From: Octopus vulgaris | Lineage: Eukaryota | Assembly: GCA_951406725.2 (NCBI GenBank) | Contig: OX597830.1 | Location: forward strand, 23,374,001 to 23,438,000 | Direction: 5' to 3' | DNA length: 64,000 bases | Notes under the pieces: generated by a model | Told to the model about the DNA's origin: nothing | The model's database searches: none | Seen by the model: only the letters and a program-made list of their open reading frames with translations | In this document: positions 14,862 through 29,039 of the stretch, in pieces | Layout of the letters: each line of letters starts with the position of its first letter | Position numbering within the stretch: the first letter of the stretch is position 1 | Made by a program: the position numbers and the translations under genes

Positions 14862-15137
14862 GTGGAGGCGCAATGGCCCAGTGGTTAGGGCAGCGAACTC
14901 GCGGTCGTAGGATCGCGGTTTCGATTCCCAGGCCGGACGTTATGAGTGTTTATTGAGCGAAAACACCTAAAAAGCTCCACGAGGCTCCGGCAGGGGGTGG
15001 TGATCTTTCACCACTCTTTCTTCTGTTGGCCTACTCGCTTAGCCAGCGGGGTGGCGTCATTCGAAGGCTAAAACAATGCGAACGCATTGTGACCAGCGAT
15101 GTGTAACAACATCTGATGGTCTGATCGGTCACGTGAT

Positions 15138-15145
<8 letters not shown>
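14862..15145 (+). mobile_element. SINE family C (tRNA-Arg-like head)
   Basis: Near-identical to 7943-8230. Confidence 0.88.
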
Positions 15146-15182
<37 letters not shown>

Positions 15183-15259
15183 TATATGTATTTGTCTATA
15201 TAAACATACATATATATATACATATATCTATATATATATGTACATATATGTATTTGTCT

Positions 15260-15327
<68 letters not shown>

Positions 15328-15329
<2 letters not shown>

Positions 15330-15545
15330 GTGCTTTTCAACCTTTTGCTGGAGCGGAATCCCAAGAAAACATTTCACTGGCTCGAGGAACCCCTGTACAA
15401 TAATTTAATTGTCTTATGCACGCATATCTGCTCAGGAGAATTAAAAATTACTGTCGATTTTAGCATTTTTGTAACTTCTTGCGGAACCCCTGGACTGTAC
15501 TGGCGGATCCCTAAGGTTCCGCGGAACCCTGGTTGAAAACCGCTG
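15328..15545. mobile_element. hAT-type MITE
   Basis: TIRs CAGTGCTTTTCAACC / GGTTGAAAACCGCTG; perfect 8-bp TSD atatacat. Confidence 0.9.
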
Positions 15546-15570
15546 ATATACATATACATATGTATTTATA

Positions 15571-16190
15571 TATCATTAATTAAAAATCTTAGGCTAGCAA
15601 AAATATATATAGAAAAATTCTTTGCTACCAGTGGTCTAGCGAGAAGGAAATATTTAGTCAATAGACTATACATTATTAATCGAAGAATACAGTGTGCATT
15701 CAAACACATCAGAGATGACCAATGATAGGACATATGACTCACTAGAAAGAGCAGTTAAATCTCCAAGCCACTAATAGTTGCAATTCTGAAAGGGAATGAA
15801 AAATAAAAATATTTATCCTATTTTTCCTGGACTATGCTTAGTTTCTGAAATCTTATATAGATTAAAATAAAATAATTTTAACTTATATCAGGCGTTGCTT
15901 CGTCAGTAGGATGCCAGGGATCAACATATAGATACGAGGCAATAAGTAACATGCCATGTGTCTATATGTTATAATTTTTCGAATCCTCCGCGCAAATGCG
16001 GAACTATCCGGCAGTAAATAAATTGCCGATTGTCTTTCAAAATTAGCCAAAAACCTTTTATCATTTATTAAAAAATCTTAGGGTAGCAAAAGTATTTATA
16101 GAAAAAATTCTTTGTTACCAGTGGTCTAGCGAGAAGGAAAATTTAGTCAATAGACTCTACATTATTCATAGAAGAATACAGTGTATTCTT
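15571..16190. repeat. Dispersed repeat with ~125-bp direct terminal repeats (15571-15700, 16060-16187); related inverted copy near 12110-12420
   Basis: aaaaatcttagg.tagcaaaa...ttctttg.taccagtggtctagcgagaaggaaa occurs twice, ~490 bp apart. Confidence 0.7.
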
Positions 16191-16191
16191 C

Positions 16192-16298
<107 letters not shown>

Positions 16299-16303
16299 AT
16301 ATG

Positions 16304-16362
<59 letters not shown>

Positions 16363-16876
16363 ATATATATATGTATATATATATAGATATATATTGTATA
16401 TATATATATTGGTTGGTAGGCATGGACTGTAGTACATGCCGTATGATTAAATATGCCGTATGATTAAATATATTCTAGAATGCGCCACTTTCTCGAAAGC
16501 TCATAGACTGACTGCGTAGTCGAAAAAAGTTATGAAAGATCATTATAATATATCTAGCCATGAAACTTGTAATCCTTTAATTCAATAATACCCAACTGCT
16601 TCGTCTTATTTCTGTATAATAGTCTATCGCCGTATAAATATTTCACTTGAATTTCTTAACCAAGATGGACGTAACGTACTTATCGTCTGCTAATTCAGTT
16701 CACTAGTTTTTAAAGAGAGAAACTTTTATACACACATAAGTACACAGACTCACATACATGAACACATAAACACACACATACACACACACATATACATACT
16801 TACATACGCGTACACACCAATATACATAAATAAGCACATACGGTAATTCTAAGATTAACGTCTGAAGGCTTAGGCT

Positions 16877-18260
16877 TAGGCGTAACTGTGGAGCAAGAAG
16901 TCAGAAGTTTGCTTCCTAACCACATGGTTTCGGGTTCAGTTTCACTGCCTGGCTCCTTGAACACGTATGTTCAACTGTATTTCTGGACCGAGAAATGCCT
17001 TGTGTGTGGAAACTGAAAGAAGCCCATCGTAGATATAAAGATAAATATATACGTGGTTTGATCAATAAGTATCCGGACTGTTGTCATGGTATCGAAGCTA
17101 TGACTGTTGTCATAGTATCGAAGCTATGACTGTTGTCATAGTATCACGTACAGTGAAGTCGGTTGGCACGGATTGAACTTGAACTCTGCATGCGAACTAG
17201 ATTTTAACGTTCTAGCTCACTTCAGCCGTCTGCAGCAGTGCTTGGAAGGAACGTGTGTCGCGTGTGATCGTCGCATTGACCATGAAAAAGTTGAGCAGAG
17301 AAACTGCTTTAAATTTTGCCAATACCTGATCAGAGATCTACGCAAAGTTTTCAAAAAGTTTTCATCGTTCTCCGCAGAATCAAGAATATCTTCTGCAATT
17401 GAAACCCGAGTTTCTTTTTGCCCAGCTGAAAGCAGTTTGGGCATAAATTTGGCTGACATGCGGTTCATACCTAAATTTTCAGTGATAATGGACTGAATTG
17501 AACCGTAACTAATCTGCATATCCTCTGATAACTCACGGATGGTAATTTGACGATATACCCTCACAGCTGCATACTCATCTGCGATGTTTTTCTCAGTTCT
17601 GCTGGTTGCAGGTCTCTCAGAACATTCATCACTCTCGACATTTTTTCGGCCATCTTGGGAACATCTGCACCATTCGTACACTTGTGTGCGGCTCATTCAC
17701 TCCTCTCAATACACTTTATACAACTTTGCTCAGGCCTCTGAGCAGGTACCGCGTTGGCAACTTTCTATGCGACGATCACACGCTAAACACGTTCCTTCCA
17801 AACACTGCTGTAAACAGCAGGAGTGAGCTAGAACATTAAAACTTAGTGCACATGCACAACAGAGTTCAAGGTCAATGTATGCCAAGTGGCTTTATTCTGC
17901 GTGCTTTAGCTTCGATACTATGGCAACAGTTCGGATACTTATTGATCAGACCTCGCATATATATATAGTTGTGTGTGCGTGTATGTGTGTGTGTATGTAT
18001 GTGTGTATGTGTGTGTGTATGTGTGTGTGTGTGTGCGTGTGTGTGTGTGTGTGCGCGCGAGTGTCTTTATAAATGTGTTTATTATATACCGCCGATTGAC
18101 AGCCAGTGTTGGTGTGTTTACGTCCCCGTAACCTACCGGTTCAGCAAAGAGACCTATAAAATAACCACCAGCCTTAAAAAAAGTACTGGGTTTGATTCGT
18201 TCGACTAAAATTCTTCAACATGATGCCACAGCATGGCCGCAGGACACTGACTGAAATGTT
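16877..18260 (+). mobile_element. SINE family A interrupted by mariner
   Basis: Head at 16877-17050, tail at 17958-18260. Confidence 0.7.
17051..17957 (-). mobile_element. mariner (irritans/Hsmar2-like) foldback derivative
   Basis: TIRs cgtggtttgatcaataagtatccg / cggatacttattgatcagacctcg; minus ORF MSRTQVYEW...RPATSRT...TIREL...SAKFMPKLLS...DENFLK. Confidence 0.9.
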
Positions 18261-18782
18261 GCTAGATGCACTGACTGAAACTCTTGCAGATCCAACAAGA
18301 TTGTTTTTTTTTTGTAATACAGTTTTTCTATAATAAAACAAGACATGGATAATGAAAAAAGTTAACGGCCTCGTGGATTACTTCCAATTATGATAAACTT
18401 GGGAACAGAAATAATGGTTTCAAATTTTAGCCCAAAGCCAAAAATTTCGAAGGGAGAACTGAGTCAATATCGACCCCAGTTGTTGAAGTCGTGCTTTATT
18501 TCATCGACCTCGAAAGAGTGAAACACAAAATCAACCACAACACTATTTGAACCCAGGCGGTAAAAGCCGCTAAGTATTTTGCCTGATGCAGTAGCAATTC
18601 TGACAGCTCGCCACTTTTGGGAAAAGAAATAATGGCCATATTTTAAAATCATTTGTTACAAAGCAAATCAATCGGTGCATCAATTGTTATTCAGAAACTG
18701 CTTCTGAAAAATCTTCTAGTCAAGACTTGAACACAGATCGTGCTCCTTACGAACTCTTGCATAGCTATAATCAAGTTGCATT

Positions 18783-19340
18783 GAAGATGCGTGGCTTCGT
18801 GTTTATGGTATTCGACTCATAGTAAGGTGGGGTGCTGGCAGAAACGTTAGCACACCGGGCGAAATGCTTAGCGGTATTTCGTCTGCCGTTACGTACTGAG
18901 TTGAAATCCCGCCGAGGTCGACTTTGCCTTTCATCCTTTCCGGGTCGATTAAATAAGTACCAGTTACGCACTGGGGTCAATGTAATCGACTTAATCCGTT
19001 TGTCTGTCCTTGCTTGTCCCCTCTGTGTTTAGCCCCTTGTGGGTAGTAAAGAAATAGGTATTCGACTCACAGTCGTGAGGTCGTGAGTTCGATTCGCAGC
19101 CGCGCGTTGTGCCCTTGATCAAGACACTTTATTTCACGTTGCTCCAGTGAAATAATGTGGCAAAAATGAATTGTACCTGTAATTCAAATGGCCAGCCTTG
19201 TCACACTCTGTGTTCACGCTGAATCCCCCTGGGACATACGTTAAGGGCACGCATGTCACTTGTACGTTGATTTAACGAACAGGCTGTTTCGTTGATCGGA
19301 TCAACTGGAACACTCATCGTTGTAACCGACGGAGAGCCAG
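18783..19340 (+). mobile_element. SINE family D with nested SINE family B (18826-19056)
   Basis: TSD ggtattcgactca(t/c)agt flanks the family B copy; family D body ccttga.caagacactttatttcacgttgctccag also at 53234-53552. Confidence 0.85.
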
Positions 19341-19344
19341 GCTA

Positions 19345-20115
19345 ATGCGTCCTACATTTCTAAAGACGACTGACTGCCTGAAAATCAAGTTGTATAATCA
19401 ACGTTTCCAGACATCGAACAAAACACCACACGTCTGAGTAAGTGTAAAGATTGTCAACAACAAACTCGGAAATAACACAAGCAAAGCCACAAGTATTGAT
19501 TTTAGTGATACCAGCACTCCTGATCTACTTGTTGAATATCAAACGCCTTCACAGAAGTTTATAAACCAATACATTTCTTGCCATCATTCATTGCTTGCTT
19601 TCTGCCTTGTCAAAACGCCAAAAAGCTTATCAAAAGGTGAGTGATGTATTTGAATTCCTTTATCAGTAACGGGCATTTAAACCTGAAGAGACTGTAAAGA
19701 GGTCATCAAATATTGTCAAATTATCAACCGGAAGATCTGGAAAAAATCTCGGTGAAGTATTGGTTTGGTTTACAGAATTGTTTAAAACTGATATCGCTTC
19801 TCAAATTAGCTCCAAACATGACCTTGTTGATATAAAGTTTGGCCGTTTGATAAATGGCTTTTCTTTGGAGTCGTATTCTCCAAATGTAGAAAATGTCTGA
19901 CACATCTATTCGTCACTCATAGTTATTAACTGTATTGGGGAACGCTCAATTTCACAAATGGAAAGGAATGTAGAATGAACAAGGGAGTAGTAACGGACAA
20001 ACAGATTGAACAACCTTACTGGAATGAATACTGAACATGAATTTCTGCATGAAATGGACGTTTTCAGTATCAACGACATATTTGTTCAGGTTAGAGCTGG
20101 AAAATGTAACTTTGA
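19345..20115 (+). pseudogene. hAT transposase C-terminal (dimerization domain) remnant
   Basis: Decayed PNVE..L.IY.SL.V.NC.GERS.S...NRLNNL..MN.EHE...DIF motif. Confidence 0.75.
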
Positions 20116-20408
20116 ATATTAGAGTTTACGATGTAAGTAAAAGAAAAATGTGATTGAACATTATGGGTATTTCCTTTTTATTTGAGGAGGCTTAATAATC
20201 CTTACTACAAATTTTACCCTGCCTTAGGACTCTTCTGCAACACATACAGATACATACTCTAACACTGGTGTGTATGTATGTATGTATGTATGTATGTATG
20301 TATGTATGTATGTATGTATATATACATGCATGCATGTATGTATGCATGTATGCATGTTTATATATATGCAAATAGATAGAGGGAGAGAGAGAAAGAGAGA
20401 GAAACTGA

Positions 20409-20466
<58 letters not shown>

Positions 20467-20467
20467 T

Positions 20468-20590
20468 GCGTAACTGGTACTTGATTTATCGACTCCGAAA
20501 GGATGAAAGGCAAAGTCAACCTCAGCGGAATTTGAACTCAGAACATAACGGCAGACGAAATACCACTAAGCATTTCGCCCTGCATGCTAA
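20468..20590 (-). mobile_element. SINE family B fragment
   Basis: gatgaaaggcaaagtc.acctc.gcggaatttgaactcag. Confidence 0.85.
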
Positions 20591-20655
20591 TGTATGACAG
20601 ACAGACAAGGAGATAGAGTGACTGATTGATTGGTTGATTGACTGATAGAAATAGG

Positions 20656-20698
<43 letters not shown>

Positions 20699-20701
20699 CA
20701 T

Positions 20702-20733
<32 letters not shown>

Positions 20734-21282
20734 TTGTACAGCGTTCATAATAAATTTTCTATCATCTTGGCTTAACAGCCCAAACCGTTTGTTTTTACTG
20801 TCTTGTTCTCACTGTCCTGTTCTTGTTACCACTTTTACTCTCCGCAAAAAATCCCACATTTTATCTAATTTGCTTTGCGGGAAGGACTGTTTCAACGAAG
20901 TCGCGTATTGTCCTTGCCTTCGTAACGCGGAGTAGCTGAAACAGGGACAACTGATGAAGGGGAATTATCTTTATGCTCCATGTCTCATTTCACTGTTTTT
21001 TTTTCGTTGTTCGAAAAAAAGGTCGTTTTCTATGTTTTTGTTTTTATGTTTGCGGTTCTAATTGTGTTCAAAGTTTTTTTGATGTCCTGTACCCATATAT
21101 GCATGTATATATACATATATATGTAGATATGTACATATATGTATGTATATATGCATATATTTATATATTATTTATATTATTATATGATCGAATGCCATCC
21201 TTTTCCAAGTAAGTTTTATATATATATATATATATATTCGAAAAAATATATATTATATATATATACAGAGAGAAAGAGAGAG

Positions 21283-21328
<46 letters not shown>

Positions 21329-21574
21329 ATTGCTTGATAGAAATAACTATCTATATATCTATCTATATGTTCATATACATATACATTCATACACACACGC
21401 ACGTATATATATATATATATAACGGGAAAGTTTACGAAAATAAACAAAAGACGATAGGCAGGTGGAGTACAAACAAACAAATGTATTAGTATAGCGCTCA
21501 GGAATAGAAATAGAAAAAGTCTTTTACATTTCGAGCCTACGCTCTTCCACAGAAAGATACACAGAAAAAAACAA

Positions 21575-21631
<57 letters not shown>

Positions 21632-21734
21632 GGAGTAAACACATAAATGTGAAACAAGGTGGAAAAAAAGAGTACTCAAATACCAGTGGTAGAGTAATAT
21701 GCTTTATTTAAAGCAGCAGAAAATTCAACAAAAT

Positions 21735-21772
21735 CTGTTACTCTGAGTTTCTCGTTGCCGTTCATCAGACAG
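21735..21772 (-). ncRNA. Minimal type I hammerhead ribozyme motif
   Basis: CTGT-CTGATGA-aCG-GCAA-CGa-GAAAC-TCAGA-GTA-ACAG: cores intact, GUA cleavage triplet, one mismatch at the base of stem II. Confidence 0.7.
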
Positions 21773-21846
21773 TTTTTGTTATATATATATATATATATAT
21801 ACACTTATATATATATATATATAGATAGATAGATAGATACACTTAC

Positions 21847-21885
<39 letters not shown>

Positions 21886-21909
21886 TAGATAGATAGATAG
21901 ATAGATACA

Positions 21910-21964
<55 letters not shown>

Positions 21965-22679
21965 AAAAGGTTAATAGATTTGATATGGGTAGATTTATGC
22001 TGAAGAACAAAAGGGAGAAAATACTGTATCATAGACAATAGAAAGAATTTACATTTTATCCAAATATGCTACCGGTTTCAATCGCTTTAATAAAAGGGAA
22101 CATAAACTGGAATGTATTAAATTAATGATATTGTTCCTGAAAGTTCACGTTTTTCTCACAAAGGTCACATGATGCAGGTAGTTCGTTTTCTTCTGATTGT
22201 TGCTGGGTCGTCTGCTAAATTTAGTCCGAAGTGCCAAACAGTGGGACTGAATCCGAAACCGCATAACTGCAAGTGAGTTTCGTAACCACACAACCGATAG
22301 TTGTTTTTTAAAGTCTCTAACAGCTCTGCCAGTTCGTCACCTAGTGACGATTAGAATCAACATCTCACTTTAGATGGTCTAACTATGATAACAGTTAAAA
22401 AAAGTAGAATACGACTACATTTTATTACTGTTTAAGTAAATTTAGCGAAAAATATTGATTAAAGAAAAAATATATATTCCTTTACAAAAAAACCCCCAAA
22501 AAACCGATAGGTATGCAAGCCTGCATCAAGTAATCAACTAGTCAAGTTGAACATTTATTTAAATGATCGTTATCTCAATTTGATGTGATGGGTTTAATTT
22601 AAATGTATCTCCTACTTTAAGTGTTATACTCACTAATAAAGTTTTTATACTAAATGACAACATCGAGCGATTCAGTTCG

Positions 22680-23530
22680 TTTATTTTTTACTTGTTTAAG
22701 CCATTGGACGGCAGCCATGCTGGAACACTGTCTTCAATGGTTTAGTCGATCAAATCGACCCCAGTACTTATCATTTCAAGTTGGTAGTTTTTCTATCATT
22801 CACTTTTGATGTACCTCTAAGTTACTTATTCTATCGGTCGCTTTTTGCGTACTGCTAACTTACGTGAACATAAACAGGCGCAGGAGTGGCTGTGTGGTAA
22901 GTAGCTAGGCGCAGTAGTGGCTCTGGTAAGTATCTTGCTTCCCAACCACATGGTCTCGGGTTCAGTCCCACTGCGTGGCACCTTGGGCAAGTGTCTTCTA
23001 CTATAGCCTCGGGCCGACAAAAGCCTTGTGTGTGGATTTGGTAGACGGAAACTGAAAGAAGCCCGTCGTACATATGTATATGTGTGTGTTTGTATGTGTC
23101 TGTGTTTGTCCCCCCAACATCGCTTGACAGCCGATACTGGTGTGTTTATATCCCCGTAACTTAGCGGTTCGGCAAGAGACCGAGAGAATAAGTACTAGGC
23201 TTCCAAAGAATAAGTCATGGGGTCGATTTGCTCGACTAAACGGTGGTGCTCCAGCATGGCCACAATCAAATGACTGAAACAAGTAAAAGAGTAAAAGAGT
23301 AAACCAACACTGGTTGTCAAGCACTGTGCGTGTACGTTTGTGTGTGTGCGTGAACGAACACAGACACAAAGATACACACACGTATCCACATATATATACG
23401 AAAGCTTCCACACAGTTTCCGTTTAACAAATTCATTTCAAGCCATTGGTGATCAAGGGTTATAAGTAAAAGAGACACACCTAAGGTCCTGCACACCGGGA
23501 TCAAACACAAAACCATATGGTTGCTAAGTG
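22680..23530. mobile_element. Young SINE A (+, 22877-23300) nested in an older SINE A (-)
   Basis: Family A motifs in both orientations. Confidence 0.8.
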
Positions 23531-24276
23531 GATGAATGCCTTGAATACCTTTCTATATATAAAGTCAGAAAATGAAGCAGAAAGAAAATCCTACCGATAG
23601 GTAGAAACAGAAAAGGAGGGGAGACCCCTTAAAGGACCCTATTCCTCTGAACCTACTCCCACCCCCGAAAAAAAAAAAACGGCAATAAACACAAATACAA
23701 AGTCGTGTATAATCAGAGAAAATTTATGCACCTTGACAGCATCCGGCAGAATGTTTTCCAGCCAAATTTAGCGACTGAAGAAAATAAGGGATGCAATCCG
23801 AAAACTCGGACTGATAATACCCGATAAAAGTGATTTAAATGGATTAAAGAACTGGACGAGTTCTCGTCCAGTTCTTTTATCTATTTAAGTCACTATATTT
23901 ACCACTATTTTATATCCTTCCATACGTTGGATAAACAGATTTCACTAAGTGGAGATAGACACAAACTCTCTTCACACTAAGTACTTCAAATTAATCCACT
24001 AAACACGATACTCCAATAAATACAAACACTCAACGATCTCAATGACTTCCACGAACTCTCAACGACTCCTACGATTTCTCGGTTTCTTTGTTAGCCACAA
24101 GGATTCAAATATAGAGGGGGGGACTAACAAGGACAGACAGGACACCACAGAGGGGACAATACATAGAACGAATATGATGAGATGATTATACAATAATGGG
24201 GTTATGAATGGCTGCATGCGCCCCTCATCACATGCAGTACCATTAATCTTTTTAAACTGTTCGTTTTTATCATGTA

Positions 24277-24671
24277 CTAGCAGTATCGCCCGGCGTTGCT
24301 CGGGTTTGTATGGGAAATAACTATATAAGCATTTTTAGAGAGTTAAAGCCAAAAAATAGCAAAAAATGCATTAAAAATGGAAAAAAATTATGGTAAATTT
24401 TTTTTAAATCGTTGACTCATTGTAGACATTTTTAGAGAGTTACTTCCCTTATATAATAGCGAAAAAAATGCATTAAAATGGAAAAAAATGATGGTAATTT
24501 TTTTTTAAATCGTAGACTCATCGTAGACGCGCGCTAATACCCAGAAGGGCTCGATATGAATCACGACTATAAGATACTCGGTTTTGGTTAAACTGCACCG
24601 CAAAATGTGGGAGTAGTTAGGAATCTAAATCGTAGGAGACAGACACACAACTTCACTTTTATATATAAAGG
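24277..24671 (-). mobile_element. Non-autonomous Helitron (short form)
   Basis: Same termini and body as 960-1595 but lacking the internal ~240-bp segment. Confidence 0.8.
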
Positions 24672-25620
24672 TTTACATAACAATTAATTATCGTCTACCA
24701 TTACAATTGTTCTTTTATTTTCCGATATTATTAAACATAACATAAAACACTTACTCTTTCTTTTTCCTTTTTTTCTCTCCTTTTTCTTTTCTTTTTTCTT
24801 GTCGATTTGACATACTTATTTACTTTTTAGTAATATTTCATTAGTGTTTCAATTTCTACTAAATCCACCATTGGTGGCAATTCTTTGAATTCCGCCCTTA
24901 CTCCTACGACTTCTCCTAGTCTCAACTAATACGCTACTCTTTATAAGATTTCGGCTAGTCCATTCTTCCAATCCCACAAGGGTATCAACGACTATCGCCA
25001 CAACACATATCGTGTCAATGGCAAAATTTTTTTTACAACCGCAGTATTTTATATCAATACCATTTTTCCTCAAAAATGTCAAGTAAACTTTCAGCTAGCT
25101 TTTCAATAATATGACCTTCTTTAACCCAATACTTCATAAATCGTATCGGCCGAGACGGATAAAACATACTGTACACTCAAAGACCATAAAGCATATGTCT
25201 GGAGTAAAATCTAATGAAACAATAATTCCCCCCCCCCATCCCATATGTTATCCAGTATACCGGATCTAATCAGATTTATGGATTCTTTAGATGTTATTTT
25301 AGATGTTATTTTAGATAGATGCAATTTATGTCTCTAATATTTGTTTGCATGAGTATGTATTTGCTTAGCAAGAAAATGAGCAAATTTTATTCCAGCATCA
25401 CCAAGTAAGTTCTGTAATGAAGAAAGTCAATAGTTTCATAGCTACCAGGGAATGAAAGAACCCGTCCGACAAAAATTTTTACAGCAATATGCAAAAAGAA
25501 GTTTATAATCATTGAAATTACATTGTTTATTACTCTCTCTCTCACTCACTCACTCAAGCATACACACACATACATACATACATACATACATTCATACATA
25601 TATATATACATATATTTATA

Positions 25621-25676
<56 letters not shown>

Positions 25677-25795
25677 CATAATACGTATGTATGTGTGTGT
25701 GTATGTGTTATATACTGTCTTTAAATAATTGATTTCTTCCTCTGAGGAAGGAGCTGGCTTCTAACAAAGATACAAAAGCTCTATCAATGGAGCAC

Positions 25796-25985
25796 TTCCT
25801 CCTCCCCCTCCTCCTCTCCTCCCTCCCTCACCTCCTCCTGCTGCTGCTACTACCACCACCACCACCACCACCACTACTATTACTACTACTACTACTGCTG
25901 CTGCTACTACTACTACTACTACTACTACCACTACTACTACTACCACTACTACTACTGCCACTACTACTATTACTGCTACTACTTT
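25796..25985. repeat. CCT/CTG/CCA/CTA trinucleotide compound repeat
   Basis: Direct reading. Confidence 0.95.
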
Positions 25986-26264
25986 AGAAAAGCCTAAACA
26001 CATTTCGTTTTTATTTGAACTGAGCTTATTTTATATCGAACTATTACTATTATTATTCTCATGGAAACGCCTAATAACCTGTATATGATGTAAACTAGCA
26101 CAGGGTCGCAATGGAAACTAATGAAAATGTTTCGCCGTGGTTTTATTTAAACATCTCCTTAGATGCAGCAAAATGTGTTAATTTTCTTTCTTTCGTCATA
26201 GATTTTACTCTTAAGAATATTCAAGAATACCCAAATAAGTATTCCTCTAATTAAATATTCAGAA

Positions 26265-26446
26265 AAGGAGTGGCTGTGTGGTAAGTAGCTTACTTACCAA
26301 ACACATGGTTCCGGGTTCAGTACCACTGCCTGGCACCTTGGGCAAGTGCCTTCTACTATAGCCTCAGGCCGACCAAAGCCTTGTGAGTGGATTTGGTAGA
26401 TGGAAACTGAAAGAAGCTCGTCGTATATATGTATATATATATGTAT

Positions 26447-26478
<32 letters not shown>

Positions 26479-26685
26479 TTGTCTGTGTTTGTCCTCCTCC
26501 AACATCGCTTGACAACCGATGCTGGTGTGTTTACGTCCCCGTAACTTAGCGGTTCGGCGAAAGGAGTCCGATAAAATAAGTATTAGGCTTACATAGAATA
26601 AGTCCTGGGATCGATTTGCTCGACTAAAGGCGGTGCTCCAGCATGGCCACAGTCGAATGACTGAAACAAGTAAAGGAGTAAAGGC
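26265..26685 (+). mobile_element. SINE family A
   Basis: Near full-length copy. Confidence 0.93.
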
Positions 26686-26910
26686 ATGACATCATTGAAG
26701 GGGCAAACCGAAGTAGAATGACTTTGTTGATGGAATCACAAAATCCGCCAACACCCCTAATATACTAGGAACCTGAAATCCTTCAGAACCAATCAGTTGT
26801 CTTTATTATATTGATATTGTCTACATTTAAGTTAATGCCTTAATCCTTTAACATTCAGATTACTCAAATCTGATGTTTGTTTATTCACATAAAAAAAAAT
26901 TAATCGTATA

Positions 26911-27072
26911 GGCGTAGGAGTGGCTGTGTGGTAAGTAGCTTGCTTACCAACCACATGGTTCCGGGTTCAGTCCCATTGCGTGGCACCTTGGACAAGTGTC
27001 TTCTACTATATCCTCGGACCAACCAAAGCCTTGTGAGTGGATTTGGTAGACAGAAACTGAAAGAAGCCCGTC

Positions 27073-27161
<89 letters not shown>

Positions 27162-27320
27162 TATATACGTTTGTGTGTCCACCCCCACTCCCCGCAACAT
27201 CGCTTGACAACAGATGCAGATGTGTTAAAGTCCCCGTAACTTAGCGGTTCCGCAAAAAAGACCAATAAATAATTTAAAATAAGCGCTGGGCTTGATTCAT
27301 TCGACTCAAAGTTCTTCAAG
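26911..27320 (+). mobile_element. SINE family A
   Basis: Intact head, diverged tail. Confidence 0.9.
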
Positions 27321-28442
27321 TAACGAAGCAAGTATTAGAGAAAAGATAAAAGATTGTCTTTAGACCTGCTTTATACTTGCACCACTGTCTAATAACTCTT
27401 GACAGAGTTACATACAATTATCTATACGCAAATAGTTCAATTGAAAAGAACAAACGCATTTTACACAAATGGCTTTGAGACTTACTGACTCTCATGGCGG
27501 AAGCTGCTCGAACTTGAAACTCCAAGTGTAGTTTCCCTCTTTATAGCATATGCTATAAAGCTGAATGACAGAGTGGTGTCATAAGGTCTCCTTTTAATTC
27601 TCCTGGTACAATGACATGTTTTCAATAATGTTCACCTTCTGTAACAATGTCGCTTTCAATCACGTGTTCATATAAATGGAGTCTTCGTTTTATTTGAAAG
27701 CCCATTAACGTTATTTAAATTTCACAATAACATTTCAACATAGCTCTTTTGCAATTGCTTTCGTTCACATTGGGATTCTTAAATTGCTATATTTTTGTCT
27801 TTTTACTTTCTCCACCCCCTGTTTTTATCTTTTTGTATCACCTTTGTCTCTACCTTGTTTTTTTTCTTTTCTTCTTTCAGCGATCGTTCTTCACCTGTAA
27901 TGCATATATGTATGGAAGAACAAGAGTTATCTGGATATGTTCTTTAATGTTTAATAATAGGTAATTACAGTAGTTAACAATGTATTGCTGATGAAAATGT
28001 AAATTGTCTCCCTTATCTGCTGTGACAGGGATATGTGCAGAGTAATAAAAAAGGTTTTCGCGGGGGGAGAAAAAATAACACACACCAAAAAGAAATCCTC
28101 TCAAAAGACTATAAAAGCAATGTAGCAGAAAGGATAAATGATTTTCGGTACGTTAAAATATCTCACCGTAAAACATGAATTTAAGAGCACCGAATATAAA
28201 AAAAAAAAAAAATGAAAGTGCTTTTCGCATAAATTTCTATGAAATAAATATGACACTTACATCATAGCATTTCTTCAAGAGACGGACCTTCCCCTACACA
28301 CCCCACACAAAGCAGGTTAAATAAAATATAATAAAAGTATCATTCTTGAGAAAAAAGTATCGAAGAAAACCATTTGATTTCCAGAACTTTCCACTTCATT
28401 CCACTCTTTCACTCTCTCTTTCTCCCCCTCTCCCCGTCCCCA

Positions 28443-28500
<58 letters not shown>

Positions 28501-29039
28501 TCATACATAAACAGACATTGCATAAAGATGTCAAAGATGAATTGAGTTCAAATTTTTATTGAAGGTCAAGGTCAAAGTGCAATAGACACATACACAACGT
28601 TATTTGCATAATATAGATTTATTTTTGCTATTTAACAGTGAAAATCTGACTACACCATATATACATTATTCTGTCAAATGTTACATTTATTTATCTACAT
28701 CGTTTTGAATTAGTCATGGATTATCTCACAGCTTCGAAATTTCGACGATGTGATTGTATCTTTTTAAAAACATTGTAAGGTAAGTGTGAGGGACCGGATC
28801 TGACCAGTTTGAACATAAAACACGTAGGATATTTACCGGACATAGCCAGTTTAAATACTGAAGGGACTTTTTATTTGTGTTATTGTTTTGTTTAACAACA
28901 TTAGGTTAAAGGGGAAACTGTACGCAATAAAACGTTTCCTGCCTTTTAAAAAATTCTGAATTGTTTAACAGTGGTTGGTTAAGATAACAGTTGTTCAAGT
29001 GCATTATAATATATTAATAATATGGAACCGATCTATTGC

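Noticed and set aside
22065-22100. Hammerhead (GAAACCGGTA on the minus strand)
   Set aside because: No upstream CUGANGA core was found.
23001-23516. 171-aa ORF and recurring RRASFSFRLPNPLTR / RPRRNLNSE peptides
   Set aside because: SINE translations recurring at many loci.
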